64,000 nucleotides of DNA from Candidatus Poribacteria bacterium (GCA_963665235.2 CAXXLX010000001.1:4096001-4160000); one strand, 5' to 3'. Shown: positions 47,918 to 58,728, counted from the first letter of the stretch. Notes: a model not told the origin generated them from the sequence alone. Numbers and translations are program-made.

Positions 47918-48472
47918 TCATTTTGAGAAGGGAAATTGCTCTGCAACCACAAACCGGTTATCTGTTTCAGGGGCTCTGTAGATGAGACTAAGTGCTGTGA
48001 TTTCACACTGTATCGGCTGCCATTCGGTTTGAAGACGTTGCTGCTCAGCACGGAGCGAACGATGCTGGAATTGCCCGACTGAAAGGTGCGGGTGGAATCC
48101 ACCAGCATATCGTCCAGTGTCGTCGTAGTCCGGCAGATGTTGGACGAGAACGGTGTGGAGCTGCACAATCTCGTTCATCGGTTCGGGAACAAGGAAAAGG
48201 GTCGCCGATTTTCGGTGTCGGAAAGCGTTAAAACGTGCTAGTTCAATAGAAAAGGCGGTCTTTTGTTGCGCCGTTTTCGCAAGTGCGGGAATTACGTCTG
48301 CGAAATGCTCTCGCGCGGCGAATGGATAGAGCAACGTTATGTGCGGCATCCAACGTTCAAAGTTCCGGTCGTGGATTCGGCGGACCGCTTGAATGGATGG
48401 TTGTACGGACATCGGCGGAATGAGCACAACAGCCGTAGTGTGCGTTTTGCTAAGCATATCATCAAGTGGCAC
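47918..48472 (-). CDS. 2H phosphoesterase (2'-5' RNA ligase family)
   Basis: PHITL and PHLSV motifs. Confidence 0.88.
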   Translation of the reverse strand: MPLDDMLSKTHTTAVVLIPPMSVQPSIQAVRRIHDRNFERWMPHITLLYPFAAREHFADVIPALAKTAQQKTAFSIELARFNAFRHRKSATLFLVPEPMNEIVQLHTVLVQHLPDYDDTGRYAGGFHPHLSVGQFQHRSLRAEQQRLQTEWQPIQCEITALSLIYRAPETDNRFVVAEQFPFSK

Positions 48473-48549
48473 AAACTAACAGTTTATGAGAATCGGATTT
48501 AGATGGGCTAACGGGCGAGGTGACCTCGCCCCTACGATGTTATCGTTAG

Positions 48550-49725
48550 TTAGGGTTTAAAAATTTTGTAGAGTTCTATCTGTCCATCCCGAATTATGTG
48601 GATTGCACTGCTTTTGAGAGGGTGGCGCTCAGCGTCATAACCCGCGATAGCAGAGGCACCTTGGTAGTCGGTGATATTTGCTAACGCGTCTCGGACCGCA
48701 GTGGGTTCTAACGTTCCAGCATTCTCCATAGCAGTCGCTAATAAAGACATGGCATCGTAGCCCCAGGCTGCGGTGCCATCTGGCGGTACCCCAAACATTG
48801 CAGTGTAGGCTTGGACAAAGGGTGCGGCGTTGGGAGCTTCCGCGCTGAAATCTCTGAAAAAGTAAGCACCCTCTAGAGGGGCATTGTCGGTTAGGGTGCC
48901 GAGAAGTCTTTCCGCTTCATCCCAACCGTTGCCTCCGATGAAGGTTGCTTCGATGTCCATGCTTCTCGCTTGCGCTATCAATAGGGGAACTTCTGGGTTA
49001 AAACTGGCTGCGAAGATGACTTCTGCGTCCGCCGCTTTAATTTTCATCAGCTGGGTGTCAAAGGTTTTATCACCGAGTTGATAGACTTCGGTAGCGACAA
49101 TTTTGCCGCCGAGTTTCTGAAAATTCTCCGCAAAAGCGGTAGCAACACTCTCGGAGTATGCGTCGTTGGTTTGACGAATAGTTGCTGCAGTTTTTGCCCC
49201 AACCTCAGTCTCATCGAATGCCAAACGTGCAAGCACCCGCCCTTGGACAGAAGAGGGTGTTGCGACAAGGAAAACAAACTCCCCCCCAACGCTAGTCACG
49301 GTGTGTCCGGATGAACAGGGAATCATCGGGCGTTGCAGCTGCGTGACGACGGGCCCAACCTTGAGAGAATTAGAGGAGAAAATAGGACCGAGCATTGCAA
49401 CAACCCCCTCCTGCTCAATGAGTTCCCTTGCAAGCCGGACACTCTCCGCCGCATCTGGACGCGGGAGGTCGCCTTGGTTATCCCGAACGAGAAATTCAAC
49501 TTTCATCCCAAGTATGCCGCTGCTCTCGTTGCGTTGCGCTTTCGCGAGTTGGGCACCCTTGCTAAAACTGATAGCGACTCCCGATGGCTGAATTACACCA
49601 ATTTTCACAGTAGATGGACCATCTGGTGGGGTTACGGTCTGCTTAACGCGTTCACACCCTGAAAAGGGGATAACTAATATTGAGATTAAGATGAGCAAAG
49701 TTAGTGGAAAAATTTTTGTGTTCAC
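48550..49725 (-). CDS. Branched-chain amino acid ABC transporter substrate-binding lipoprotein (LivJ-like)
   Basis: GTG 49725 after AAGGAG; lipobox FSGC; VKIGVI, LGPIFSS, GGNGWD, GYDA. Confidence 0.88.
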   Translation of the reverse strand: MNTKIFPLTLLILISILVIPFSGCERVKQTVTPPDGPSTVKIGVIQPSGVAISFSKGAQLAKAQRNESSGILGMKVEFLVRDNQGDLPRPDAAESVRLARELIEQEGVVAMLGPIFSSNSLKVGPVVTQLQRPMIPCSSGHTVTSVGGEFVFLVATPSSVQGRVLARLAFDETEVGAKTAATIRQTNDAYSESVATAFAENFQKLGGKIVATEVYQLGDKTFDTQLMKIKAADAEVIFAASFNPEVPLLIAQARSMDIEATFIGGNGWDEAERLLGTLTDNAPLEGAYFFRDFSAEAPNAAPFVQAYTAMFGVPPDGTAAWGYDAMSLLATAMENAGTLEPTAVRDALANITDYQGASAIAGYDAERHPLKSSAIHIIRDGQIELYKIFKP

Positions 49726-49774
49726 TATTGACTCCTTACTAAGATAAACGGTACACGGCGTGTACCTACTACCA

Positions 49775-50551
49775 TTAAGCCTTTGCGGCGGTCCCGCCAT
49801 CGACTATGAGGGCGGTACCGGTAATCCATTCGGCATCATCGGATGCAAAGAAGACGGCTGCGCGGCCGATGTCTCTTGGTAATCCTAAACGGGCAAGTGG
49901 GGTCTTTTCCAACGCTTGTTCAACCTGTTCCGGTGTGAGGTAGTCTTGAATAGCTGTCTCAATATAACCGGGGCAGATAGCGTTGACAGTTATGCCGAAT
50001 TGACCGACCTCTAATGCGGTGTCTCTGGTCATATTGACGACCGCGGCTTTTGCTGGCGCGTAAGCGGGCCCCGCACCGCCACCGTAGGCATGAACAGAGG
50101 CAATTTGAATAATCCGACCAAATTTTGAGTGTTTCAGGTACGGAATGGCGAGTTTCGTTGCGACAAAAACGCCACGCAGATTAACACTAACAACCTTGTC
50201 CCAATCAGCGATAGAGATGTCTTGTGAGCTGCCGGGAATATGGATGCCAGCGTTGTTGACTATAACATCCAGCCCGCCAAAATGTTCGACGGTTTGCAGA
50301 ATTAACCGTTGGATTTGCGCTTCGTCGGACACGTCGGTTTGGCAAAATATTCCGGTCGCTCCTAATTTCTCAATTTCTGCGACAGTTGAGATTGTGACAT
50401 TCCGCTGGTGATATTTGCCGCGAAGGGGTGTTTCCTGCTTATCTGCAATAACGATGTGTGCTCCCTCGCGCGCGAACTCAAGTGCGATGCCGCGGCCGAT
50501 GCCCGAGCTTCCGCCGGTTACGATGCAGATACGCCCTTTAAGTACCATCAA
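49775..50551 (-). CDS. SDR family oxidoreductase
   Basis: VTGGSSGIG, NNAG, YAPAK, NAICPG, VDGG. Confidence 0.93.
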   Translation of the reverse strand: MMVLKGRICIVTGGSSGIGRGIALEFAREGAHIVIADKQETPLRGKYHQRNVTISTVAEIEKLGATGIFCQTDVSDEAQIQRLILQTVEHFGGLDVIVNNAGIHIPGSSQDISIADWDKVVSVNLRGVFVATKLAIPYLKHSKFGRIIQIASVHAYGGGAGPAYAPAKAAVVNMTRDTALEVGQFGITVNAICPGYIETAIQDYLTPEQVEQALEKTPLARLGLPRDIGRAAVFFASDDAEWITGTALIVDGGTAAKA

Positions 50552-50600
50552 AGTTCTCCTTAGTTCTGGTGGATTACCGGTAGTGTTATTTGCCTACGTA

Positions 50601-50738
50601 TACCCAAGTTGCTACTTATAAGTTTTTAGACCTGGAAACACCGTCTTTAATGAAAATATGCTGAGAATTAGCTAATATTTGTCCCGTTCACTTCCAATTT
50701 GCACACAAATATGCACAATCTGGAAGATTATGCTACTA
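50601..50738. mobile_element. Partial copy of the CAAGTTGC-ended MITE
   Basis: TACCCAAGTTGCTACTTATAAGTTTTTAGACCTGGAAACACCGTCTTTAATGAAAA resembles 15223-15280; REP remnant at ~50714; no right end seen. Confidence 0.55.
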
Positions 50739-51048
50739 AATATTATATCCTATTTTCCAAAATTTCTGCAACACTCTCCGCGATACGGAGGGGTGTGTCC
50801 ACTTTTCGGAGGATCAAAGGATAGGGGCAGGAATGGAGGCGTGGAAACACAAAATGACGTGTATGTTTTTTGGAGATATGCCACCGTTATAGGCCCCGCC
50901 TACGCTCAGCCCCCAAATAACCCATCGTCATTTACAAACGGTGGAGGACTACACGGGAGATTGATACATAAGTACAAAATATTTACCACCCGCGATACGC
51001 TCCTCTATTAGCAGCGTGCCACAGTTTTTAAGGTTTGGCCGCATTGCG

Positions 51049-54000
51049 TTAGAAGAAAGAGCGTCCAAGTGAACTGCCTGCCCCGAATGCATTGTAAGGA
51101 ACACCGGCCGGTAAGGTTTGGAAACCCCATGTTTCGGTAGTTGCGTCATAACCGAGTCCCATAGAAACAGCTGACTCGTCGATGAGTGTGACTTGGAAGG
51201 TAAAATCTTGTCGGACGTTATCAAATGGCGGTTCGCGTTTAATGCCAACCCGTCTCCAGGAAAGGCGAAGATTCCAGTCGTGCAAATTCCTGTTGATACT
51301 GACGCTTTGCGAATAAAATTGTCCATCAATTGGATAGTAGATAAGACTGGCATCAAATTCGAGGTTTTTACTGTGGCGGTAGCGTCCATTTGCCGTGATA
51401 GAACGCGATGCCTGAATTGAGGTGTGCCTTTTACTGAAAGAGCTTCCGAGGCTCACGTTCCACCTTTCGCGGGTGTATCGGAGGTTCGAGCGGAGCCCGA
51501 CGACTTTGAATTGTTTGCCATCGACTGGGTGTGGGTTTGGGTCATGTGTGAAGCGCACGGTCATATTTAGGTTTCGGCTTGGGAACGGGATGAGTGTGAA
51601 ATCACTCTCAATCGGTTCGTATTTGCGTCTATATAACGGATCGAATTCGGTGAAATCGGCGGTAAGGCGGGTATCAAAATAGAAGATGCGATGTGCTTCT
51701 TGACTCCGCCGCGTCTTAATCTCAAAACTTGTGCTAAAATCGTAGCTCAACCTTTTCCGTTCATAGAAATATGTACTCGGTCCAAAGGGATAGAGCGTGT
51801 CCTCTGAGTCAACAGCGGGTTGATAATTAAAGGTAAGGGTAGATTGTATTTCGTGTCGGAGCTTTCGTGCCCCGGGGATATAACTAATATTGTAGATACG
51901 GAAAAGCGTATTGGTAGCAGAGGCTCTGATACCGTACGCCCCCCCTAAAATGTTTCTATTTTTTTCTTGGTCTTTACTGTGCCAGATAAGGTTTGTATTC
52001 AAATTCAGGTTAAGTTTCAGTTCCCGCAAAGAGGTGATAAGGAGCGTTGACTGTTTACGTAGGTCGAAACCGAGGTCAAGCGTTTGGAGGAGTACATCTC
52101 TTTCCTCACGATAAACCTGCCTAAAGAAATTTCCGAATTCAATATCCATGTCAAAGCTTGTGTCTTCAAGTGTAGGGACCCTGAGCAGTGAGAGAAAAGG
52201 TTTATCGGATTTGAGTTTTTCGGAGGCGGTTAACATTCCGGTATTAATAGTTTTAAAGAGGGGGAGTGCGCTAAAACGCATCCGTGAGAAGTTGACTGTC
52301 AATTGCGGGAGTTTTTGTAGCGAAGTCGTTCCTTCGCCGGTGAAATCGTAAACGTGTCGGATTTCCAATCTGCTGGTAATATCTCCGATAGTCTGTTGAG
52401 AATAGCGCAAGTTATCATTTTCATCAACATCTTCTATGTCAAGTGCGGAGAGTGCAGAGCCGTAGGTGAGGATACCAAAGGAGTTGAGGGTAGAGTCGCC
52501 TGGGATTTGAAGGTCTTCCTTGTAATTAAGAGCCCGCCATTCTACGCGTCCGAGAAAACTGAGCGGTTTTCTTCCCGCGCCGGGTTTACTACTGTCCCAA
52601 GGCGTATAGAAAGATTGTCCGTGTCCCCAGCGTGCATTCCACCGTCTACCGATACGGGTTGCATCTCGTCTGCTAAAGGAATATTCATCTTTAGCGTAAA
52701 AGTAGAAATCACCGGTATAGGTCCGCTTTCTATCGACTTTGATGAGGTGAAACGCCTCTTTTGTTGAAATGACTCTTCGACTCATTTCGCCGCCATATAA
52801 ACTTTGTGCTTCCGATGCAACTGGTCTCGGGTCTTCCCACTGTCCACGGAACCCGTGTTTTCGGTAGACTTCAAGCTCTTCTTCTGCTGCTTCCTCACCG
52901 TTATCTTCGCCCGGTTCAGCCGTCTCGGTGCCGTTTGTGGCAGCCGTTTCCCCTTTATCAGGTTCAGAAGGCATCGGCGTAGGCTTTGCCTCTTCAGTAG
53001 GCGGTATTACTGGCTCCGCTGGCGTTGTCGGCTTCGGCTTTTCTGGCGGCGTTGGTTTAGAGTCAGGTAGGGTGTCGGTTTCCGGCTTTTCTGTTTTTTC
53101 TTCATCAGATGCAGCCATAGCCTCTGTTGAAAAAGTTTCCCATTCCGCTTCAAATTCTTCAGCGATAGCCTCAAAAGTCGGCGTTTCCTCTTTCTTAATT
53201 AATTGAAAAATGTAAAGCCCTTCAGGGGCATAGACGGGTCGGCCTTGGGTTATGTCATTAGGTTTTTCTAGGCGTCGGACCGAATACTGCCATCCGCTCT
53301 CCATTTCATTTAGGGGTAAACCTTTGCCTTCATTGATTTCAGAGAGCGTAGCTTCAGGAAATTCAGCGGCAAGTTGTTCAAAGGTTTCCTCAGCGAGAGC
53401 GCGTTCGTGAATTTTTTCTGCTACCTCGCGTAGTGTCTCTTGTGTTTCAGTGCTTGGACTAATCGCTATATCGATGCGTCGCAGTTTAATTTCGCGTTCT
53501 CCGTAAACATCAAGGGTCCGTTCAACTTTGAGGATGTGAAAAGCGGATTCGGTTTTTAAGACGGTACTAATTTCGTCTTCTTGTAGTGCAAACGCTGTTT
53601 CTTCCAAAATGGTGTCAAGTTTCGGATTGCCCTGCTGGTCCTGTTCCCCGCGTACAAGGAATCCCATATCTCCGCCCTCGTATCGGGTGTCAGAGTGGTT
53701 AGATTCGCGCTGTGCAAGACTTGCGAAGTCAGCATTTTCTTCCGTGAGTTGTTTGAGGAGCTCATCTGCTTTCTCTTTTGCCCGGTTGACATCTTCATCA
53801 TTAATCTGATATTTTAGGAAGAGTTGCTTTAGCCAGTACCGGTCGTAATCTCCTTCAAGACGTGCTTGTAATTCTTTCGCCTTGTCCTCGAATTTTGTGC
53901 GCTGGGCGGGGGTCGCTCCTGTCGGGATGGGTATGTAGATTTCTTGAAATTGTGTATCCCTGAACCGATATTTTCCTTCAAATCCGAAGCCTTGTCCGCG

Positions 54001-54987
54001 CCGGGCACTTCTGTCGTAGAGCAGCGCGCCATCATATCTCATTTTGCGTGCTAACGGTTGGATGATGCTGAAATAGGGCCCCTGGTAGCTATCCGTTCCG
54101 ACTCTAACGATAATTTTAGCCACTTTATCTTTGCGAAGGTCCCGGCGGATAGCGGGAAAATAGAAGAGCGGAAACCCGCCAATCCGTAAGACGATGTTTT
54201 TTGCAATCATCTCCTCTTTGATTCGAACAATAACCTCGGAAACGCTAAAATGGTAATGCGGATATTTTAGCGAACAGGTAGTTAGGGAAGCCCCTCGGAC
54301 ATAAGATTTCTTATCCTCTATTTTGAAGAGTTCACTTCCCCCGAAATACCACGGGTCACTGTATGTGAATCCGTTGCGTGCGATTCCTTTTTTGGTTTCC
54401 AGGTTGAAGATAAGTTCATCAGAGTATGTCTCTTCGTCCCCGACTTTGAGGTGTACGTTGCCGGATGCGCGCATCAAATTATCGTCGAAGTCAGCCCAGA
54501 CGTGGTCGGCACGCAAAATGACATTCTCGTATTTGATAAGGGCATTTCCGTGAATTTGTACCAAATTATCCACCAAAATCACCTTGTCTCCATCCCCGAT
54601 GACCGTACCTTCGGCAGGTGTCATCTTTTCAGGGTCGAGCTGTTTTTTAGCAGGTTTCTCAGGTTTGGTATCGGGAGATTCTTCTGTCTCCTCCGAAGGT
54701 GTAGGTACCGTTTGCTCTTCAGCAGGTGCCTGCTCCTCTTGGGGCACCTGAGCACTGAGGGATACTAGTGGTAAAAACAGACAGACAATCGCTATAATTG
54801 CGAGGTGCCCAACACGATTCAACCCTATAGTATGGGATGAACACGTCACGGACGGTCCACTTGTGAACTCGCCCCGTTGCATAAACCTTATCGGGTGTGT
54901 CATTTTAGAACTAGAAAGGATATCTCCGTTTTTTTGCAAAGGTTTCTCTCTTTTGTAGACGTGCTCTCGCGAGCACAACTTGCACAA
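51049..54987 (-). CDS. lptD: LPS-assembly protein LptD-like with inserted parvulin PPIase domains
   Basis: OstA-like jellyroll (GNALIKY..LRAD..ASGNV), TTC...PHY, IGGFPLFYFP, beta-barrel strands ending in RNLHDWNL; internal FASLAQRES...GGDMG...FHILKV; true start probably later (~54902). Confidence 0.8.
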   Translation of the reverse strand: MCKLCSREHVYKREKPLQKNGDILSSSKMTHPIRFMQRGEFTSGPSVTCSSHTIGLNRVGHLAIIAIVCLFLPLVSLSAQVPQEEQAPAEEQTVPTPSEETEESPDTKPEKPAKKQLDPEKMTPAEGTVIGDGDKVILVDNLVQIHGNALIKYENVILRADHVWADFDDNLMRASGNVHLKVGDEETYSDELIFNLETKKGIARNGFTYSDPWYFGGSELFKIEDKKSYVRGASLTTCSLKYPHYHFSVSEVIVRIKEEMIAKNIVLRIGGFPLFYFPAIRRDLRKDKVAKIIVRVGTDSYQGPYFSIIQPLARKMRYDGALLYDRSARRGQGFGFEGKYRFRDTQFQEIYIPIPTGATPAQRTKFEDKAKELQARLEGDYDRYWLKQLFLKYQINDEDVNRAKEKADELLKQLTEENADFASLAQRESNHSDTRYEGGDMGFLVRGEQDQQGNPKLDTILEETAFALQEDEISTVLKTESAFHILKVERTLDVYGEREIKLRRIDIAISPSTETQETLREVAEKIHERALAEETFEQLAAEFPEATLSEINEGKGLPLNEMESGWQYSVRRLEKPNDITQGRPVYAPEGLYIFQLIKKEETPTFEAIAEEFEAEWETFSTEAMAASDEEKTEKPETDTLPDSKPTPPEKPKPTTPAEPVIPPTEEAKPTPMPSEPDKGETAATNGTETAEPGEDNGEEAAEEELEVYRKHGFRGQWEDPRPVASEAQSLYGGEMSRRVISTKEAFHLIKVDRKRTYTGDFYFYAKDEYSFSRRDATRIGRRWNARWGHGQSFYTPWDSSKPGAGRKPLSFLGRVEWRALNYKEDLQIPGDSTLNSFGILTYGSALSALDIEDVDENDNLRYSQQTIGDITSRLEIRHVYDFTGEGTTSLQKLPQLTVNFSRMRFSALPLFKTINTGMLTASEKLKSDKPFLSLLRVPTLEDTSFDMDIEFGNFFRQVYREERDVLLQTLDLGFDLRKQSTLLITSLRELKLNLNLNTNLIWHSKDQEKNRNILGGAYGIRASATNTLFRIYNISYIPGARKLRHEIQSTLTFNYQPAVDSEDTLYPFGPSTYFYERKRLSYDFSTSFEIKTRRSQEAHRIFYFDTRLTADFTEFDPLYRRKYEPIESDFTLIPFPSRNLNMTVRFTHDPNPHPVDGKQFKVVGLRSNLRYTRERWNVSLGSSFSKRHTSIQASRSITANGRYRHSKNLEFDASLIYYPIDGQFYSQSVSINRNLHDWNLRLSWRRVGIKREPPFDNVRQDFTFQVTLIDESAVSMGLGYDATTETWGFQTLPAGVPYNAFGAGSSLGRSFF

Positions 54988-55037
54988 CGCGTCATAACTG
55001 CGCGGTAATGGCTAAGCGTTTTTGAAATTACAAATAA

Positions 55038-56360
55038 TCACTCCGGTGGTTTCTGTGATGGCACCGGTTTGATTTTGATGTATGCATTTTCAAGTAGTGA
55101 ATCTGTGTAGGCAGTCCATTCCTTTTCAAAGCGTCGTTGGCGCAAAATAGTGACAATTTGCTGTTTCTCTAGTTCGGTCAATTCCGGTATATTTCGTTCT
55201 TCAAGTTTGAAGATGTGAAGTCCGGTATCAGTTTCAACGGGTTCACTGTGCTTCCCAACTGCAAGCCCCTGGATGACTTTCCTAATTTTCGGTGGGAAGT
55301 CGGTTAGTGCGCGTACGCCGAGGTTTCCGCCTTTGGCTGCGGTTTCTTTATCATCGGAATGTTCAGTAGCCAGGGTATTGAATTCTTCACCGGCTTCCAA
55401 CTTTTTGAAGAGGTCAACGATGCGTTTTCGTGCCGCCTCTATCGCCTCCTCGCTTGGAGTGAGCGGGACAGTAAGATATCGGAACGCAAGGGTTTTATCT
55501 GTTCGGGTTTCCATCATAAAAACATAGAACCCTTCAGGAGTTTCAACCGGTTCACTGATTTCGGCTGTTTTGAGTTCAGCAAGGACAGCTTGGAACGTTT
55601 TCGGAAATTTATGCATCTCTGTGAGGGAGGCTTCTATGAGTTTTCCTGCTTGCGAATTCGGATTTCGCGTTGCCTTGATATTCTGTGCAACCGTCTCAAA
55701 CTGTGTTTTATCTGTGTGAATTTGCGCCAAAGCCTTGTCGATTTTAACACGTCCAGCTTTCCGGTCAGCCTCACTCGGTTTGAATCCGACGACGATATGG
55801 CGTAAGCGGACTTTGTCGGTTTTTGTCGGAAGTTGGTCGCGGTTTTCTTCAAAAAACTTCTGGACTTCGCTGTCTCGTACCTGGAGGCGCGGCATAATAC
55901 GTCCCATGACCAATTTTTCGGTCATGAGGTTCCGTTGGCACTGCTCCCGAAATCCGATGAGGGTTGTCCCTTCCCGGTTGAGCAGCTTCTTGAATTCATC
56001 ATCGGTCTCAATTTGATACTGCTTCTTAACGTCCTGGATGTACTGTTCCACCTCTGAATCGGTGACCTCAATTTTCAGCGTCAAGGCGGCTTCAACGAGA
56101 AGCATTTGACGAATGTGCTTATCTAGTAGGGCAGCCCGTTGCTCCGCTGCCGCTTTAAGGGCTTCATCCTTGCTAAAACGGTAAGCATGTTGCAGTTCAA
56201 GGGCGCGTTGGTTGACGATAGTGTCAAGCTGCCGCTGGGTTATGATATCATCGTTGACATACGCGATGATTTTGTCAAAAATACGTGCAACCCCAGGGGT
56301 TACAAGGCTGCCGATGAGCAGTCCAATTAGTCCTATATATACAATTATTTTGGGTATCAT
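55038..56360 (-). CDS. surA: SurA-like chaperone / peptidylprolyl isomerase
   Basis: DKIIAYVNDDIIT; two parvulin domains (VRLRHIV; FNTLATEHSDD..AAKGGNLG...GLHIFKL). Confidence 0.85.
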   Translation of the reverse strand: MIPKIIVYIGLIGLLIGSLVTPGVARIFDKIIAYVNDDIITQRQLDTIVNQRALELQHAYRFSKDEALKAAAEQRAALLDKHIRQMLLVEAALTLKIEVTDSEVEQYIQDVKKQYQIETDDEFKKLLNREGTTLIGFREQCQRNLMTEKLVMGRIMPRLQVRDSEVQKFFEENRDQLPTKTDKVRLRHIVVGFKPSEADRKAGRVKIDKALAQIHTDKTQFETVAQNIKATRNPNSQAGKLIEASLTEMHKFPKTFQAVLAELKTAEISEPVETPEGFYVFMMETRTDKTLAFRYLTVPLTPSEEAIEAARKRIVDLFKKLEAGEEFNTLATEHSDDKETAAKGGNLGVRALTDFPPKIRKVIQGLAVGKHSEPVETDTGLHIFKLEERNIPELTELEKQQIVTILRQRRFEKEWTAYTDSLLENAYIKIKPVPSQKPPE

Positions 56361-56419
56361 GAGAATGCTTTCTCCACTATTCGTTTGCCTTGCCTATTTT
56401 CAGGCTAATAGATTGTCTT

Positions 56420-56708
56420 ATACCAAATTTATTTGGTTCATCGTCTTCACATACCGCCATAAACCAATATGCTATAAACATATCGTCCTTAAGAGCAGGC
56501 TGCTTGCCTGAATACTGGGACTAGCTTGTGGGGTCGTTGGGGGCTGCTATAAATATAACGCCCCTACTGGGCTAATACCAAACTTATTTGGTTCATCGTC
56601 TTCACATACCGCTCCGCTGGAGCGGAAGAGTGGAACAAGACGAATTGTGTTAATTTGGTATTAGACGATAAAGTGGGGTAGGGCTGAGGTGGGACACCTT
56701 CGCCCTAC
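56420..56708. mobile_element. MITE/REP cluster: partial MITE (56420-56458), family A REP with cassette, family A REP, full MITE (56576-56660), GTAG palindrome
   Basis: TACCAAA..TATTTGGTTCATCGTCTTCACATACCGC occurs twice and is homologous to 24402-24490. Confidence 0.78.
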
Positions 56709-56746
56709 GTCTCGGTTAATCGTGCGAAAACACTTTGGCTATAAAT

Positions 56747-57718
56747 CTATTCGGCCGGTTGTGTTTGCTCAGGCGGTGTTTCCTCTTCCGTTTCGGTGGG
56801 TTCATCCTCCGGAATGCGGTCAATGTATGTTTTGACTTCTGCCCGCTCGCGAAGGCGCGAGACCCACTCCTTCATGAGGGTATCGCGTGTTTGCCGTTTC
56901 ACCCGTTTCTCAACGTCCTTGCGGACATCCGCCTCATCAAAGGGTTGCTGATATTCCGCTCTGGCCTCCTCTTTACGAAAGATCATGTAGTATTTTTGTC
57001 CTTGGACTTCAACTGCAATGACACCATCATGGATAGTGTTAATTTCCGCGCTGAAAGCAGCTTCCATAAAGGGTTCAGTGCCGGGTGGATAGGAATTCCG
57101 GCTGATGTAATCGGTATCGCCTGGTGCGGCAGGATTCGCGCCGGGTCCGACCAATTCTCCTCTATCAGAGAGTTCCTGCACTGCGACTGCGATATCTTTT
57201 CCCGCTTTAATTTCAGCGAAGATTTCATCAGCTCGTTCCTTATTCTGTAGGGTGATACACAACAATCTGACCTGCTCAGGGCGGACGTAATCGGCTTTGT
57301 TTTCCTCATAGTAGCCTTTATAATCCGCTTCAGTCAAGACGAGTTTTGCGTCAACCTCCTGCGCGGTGAGTTTTTCAATCATAAGGTCGTGGAGGTAATT
57401 CTTAACCTTTTTGAGGATTTCGGTATCTTCATTCAACGCCATATCTTTTGCAAGACAGAGGATTAATCGGCTTTCGGCCATAAGCAGCATGTATTCTTCG
57501 AGCCCCGCCTTGTCTTGGTACTGACGTTGCTTATATTTGGGGAGTTCGCTAATCTCCTGCATCATCTCTTCAAGGGTGATTTGATGTTTGCCATCCCATT
57601 CGAATTCGGCAATGATAGTTTTGTCGGCACCGATTGCCTTTTCTCCACAACTGTAGAATAGGGGGTGTATGGCAAGAATCGCGATTAAAATTAGGGGTAT
57701 GCAGCTAAATTTTTTCAT
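56747..57718 (-). CDS. Parvulin-type peptidylprolyl isomerase lipoprotein (PrsA-like)
   Basis: Lipobox YSC; YYEENK..Y..PEQVRL; ADEIFAEIKAGKD; AAFS. Confidence 0.8.
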   Translation of the reverse strand: MKKFSCIPLILIAILAIHPLFYSCGEKAIGADKTIIAEFEWDGKHQITLEEMMQEISELPKYKQRQYQDKAGLEEYMLLMAESRLILCLAKDMALNEDTEILKKVKNYLHDLMIEKLTAQEVDAKLVLTEADYKGYYEENKADYVRPEQVRLLCITLQNKERADEIFAEIKAGKDIAVAVQELSDRGELVGPGANPAAPGDTDYISRNSYPPGTEPFMEAAFSAEINTIHDGVIAVEVQGQKYYMIFRKEEARAEYQQPFDEADVRKDVEKRVKRQTRDTLMKEWVSRLRERAEVKTYIDRIPEDEPTETEEETPPEQTQPAE

Positions 57719-57753
57719 GAGTGCTATCTCCTTTCTATTAGAAGTTGCGTGAA

Positions 57754-58728
57754 CTACTTATCAGGCGTATCAGGTGCCTTCTCTGGTTCTTCTGGTTGTG
57801 CCGGGGCTGGAATGTTTTCAGGATAAGTTTTCAGTTTTCCTGCTTCAGAAATTTCGGCAATCCATGCGAGGATACGTTCGCGCTTTTTGGTGCGTTTCAC
57901 TTTTCGTTCAACCTCGGATTTGACTTCGTCAAACGCTTTCTGTCGTTCCGGTTGGTGTTCCTCCTTCCGGAAGATGAGGTAATAGGTTTCGTCTCGGACA
58001 TCCGTTTCGAAGACGACTTCGGTCATTTCGCCAATTTCTTGGGCGAAAACAGCCTCAATGAATTCGCTCCAATCAGGCGATGCGTTTATGTAAAAGAAAA
58101 ACGTGTTTCCGGGGTCGTCCTGGTTGGTGCCAGGTCCGTTTGCCAATTTGTTTTCGGCAGCGAGTGCTTTTGCGACCTCGATGATGTCTTTCCCGGCTTT
58201 AATCTCGTCCAAGGTTTGATTAGCGAAGTCCTCATCATCAAGCGTAATACAGGTTGCCCGTGCCTTTTCCGCCTCGACGTAGGTACTTTTGTGCTCCTCA
58301 TAATATGCAATAAGGTCCTCGTCTGTGTAAACGGTTTTTGCATCAACCTCCACTTCGGTGAGTTTCTCGACCATCAGTTGATAGGTGTAGTCTTCCATTT
58401 TTTCTAGATGGTCCGGCAGGGTGTCAAATTCTGCATCTTTGGCTTGAAGGAGTTTAAGTTTTTTGTCAATGAACTCCTCTAAAAATTCAGCCTTATCCGC
58501 TTTGGTAGCGAGGTTTCTCTGTCGGTACGGTGGCAATTCGGCAATGGCTGCGTTCAGGTTAGCGAGTGAAATCTGATGAGGCTCACCGTTCCAACTGAAC
58601 TCCGCTAAAATAATCGCGTTCTCATCAACTGTTTCCACAGCAGGTTCGTGGTTATCGGAACGTCCAAGAGACCAGGTGAGAAAACAGGCTGCGACAACTG
58701 CTACAACAACAATAATCGTTTTTTTCAC
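57754..58728 (-). CDS. Parvulin-type peptidylprolyl isomerase (PrsA-like), tandem paralog
   Basis: Paralog of 56747..57718 (AEF.W.G.HQI, CITL, EIKAGKDI, PG.T, YY.IFRKEE). Confidence 0.8.
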   Translation of the reverse strand: MKKTIIVVVAVVAACFLTWSLGRSDNHEPAVETVDENAIILAEFSWNGEPHQISLANLNAAIAELPPYRQRNLATKADKAEFLEEFIDKKLKLLQAKDAEFDTLPDHLEKMEDYTYQLMVEKLTEVEVDAKTVYTDEDLIAYYEEHKSTYVEAEKARATCITLDDEDFANQTLDEIKAGKDIIEVAKALAAENKLANGPGTNQDDPGNTFFFYINASPDWSEFIEAVFAQEIGEMTEVVFETDVRDETYYLIFRKEEHQPERQKAFDEVKSEVERKVKRTKKRERILAWIAEISEAGKLKTYPENIPAPAQPEEPEKAPDTPDK

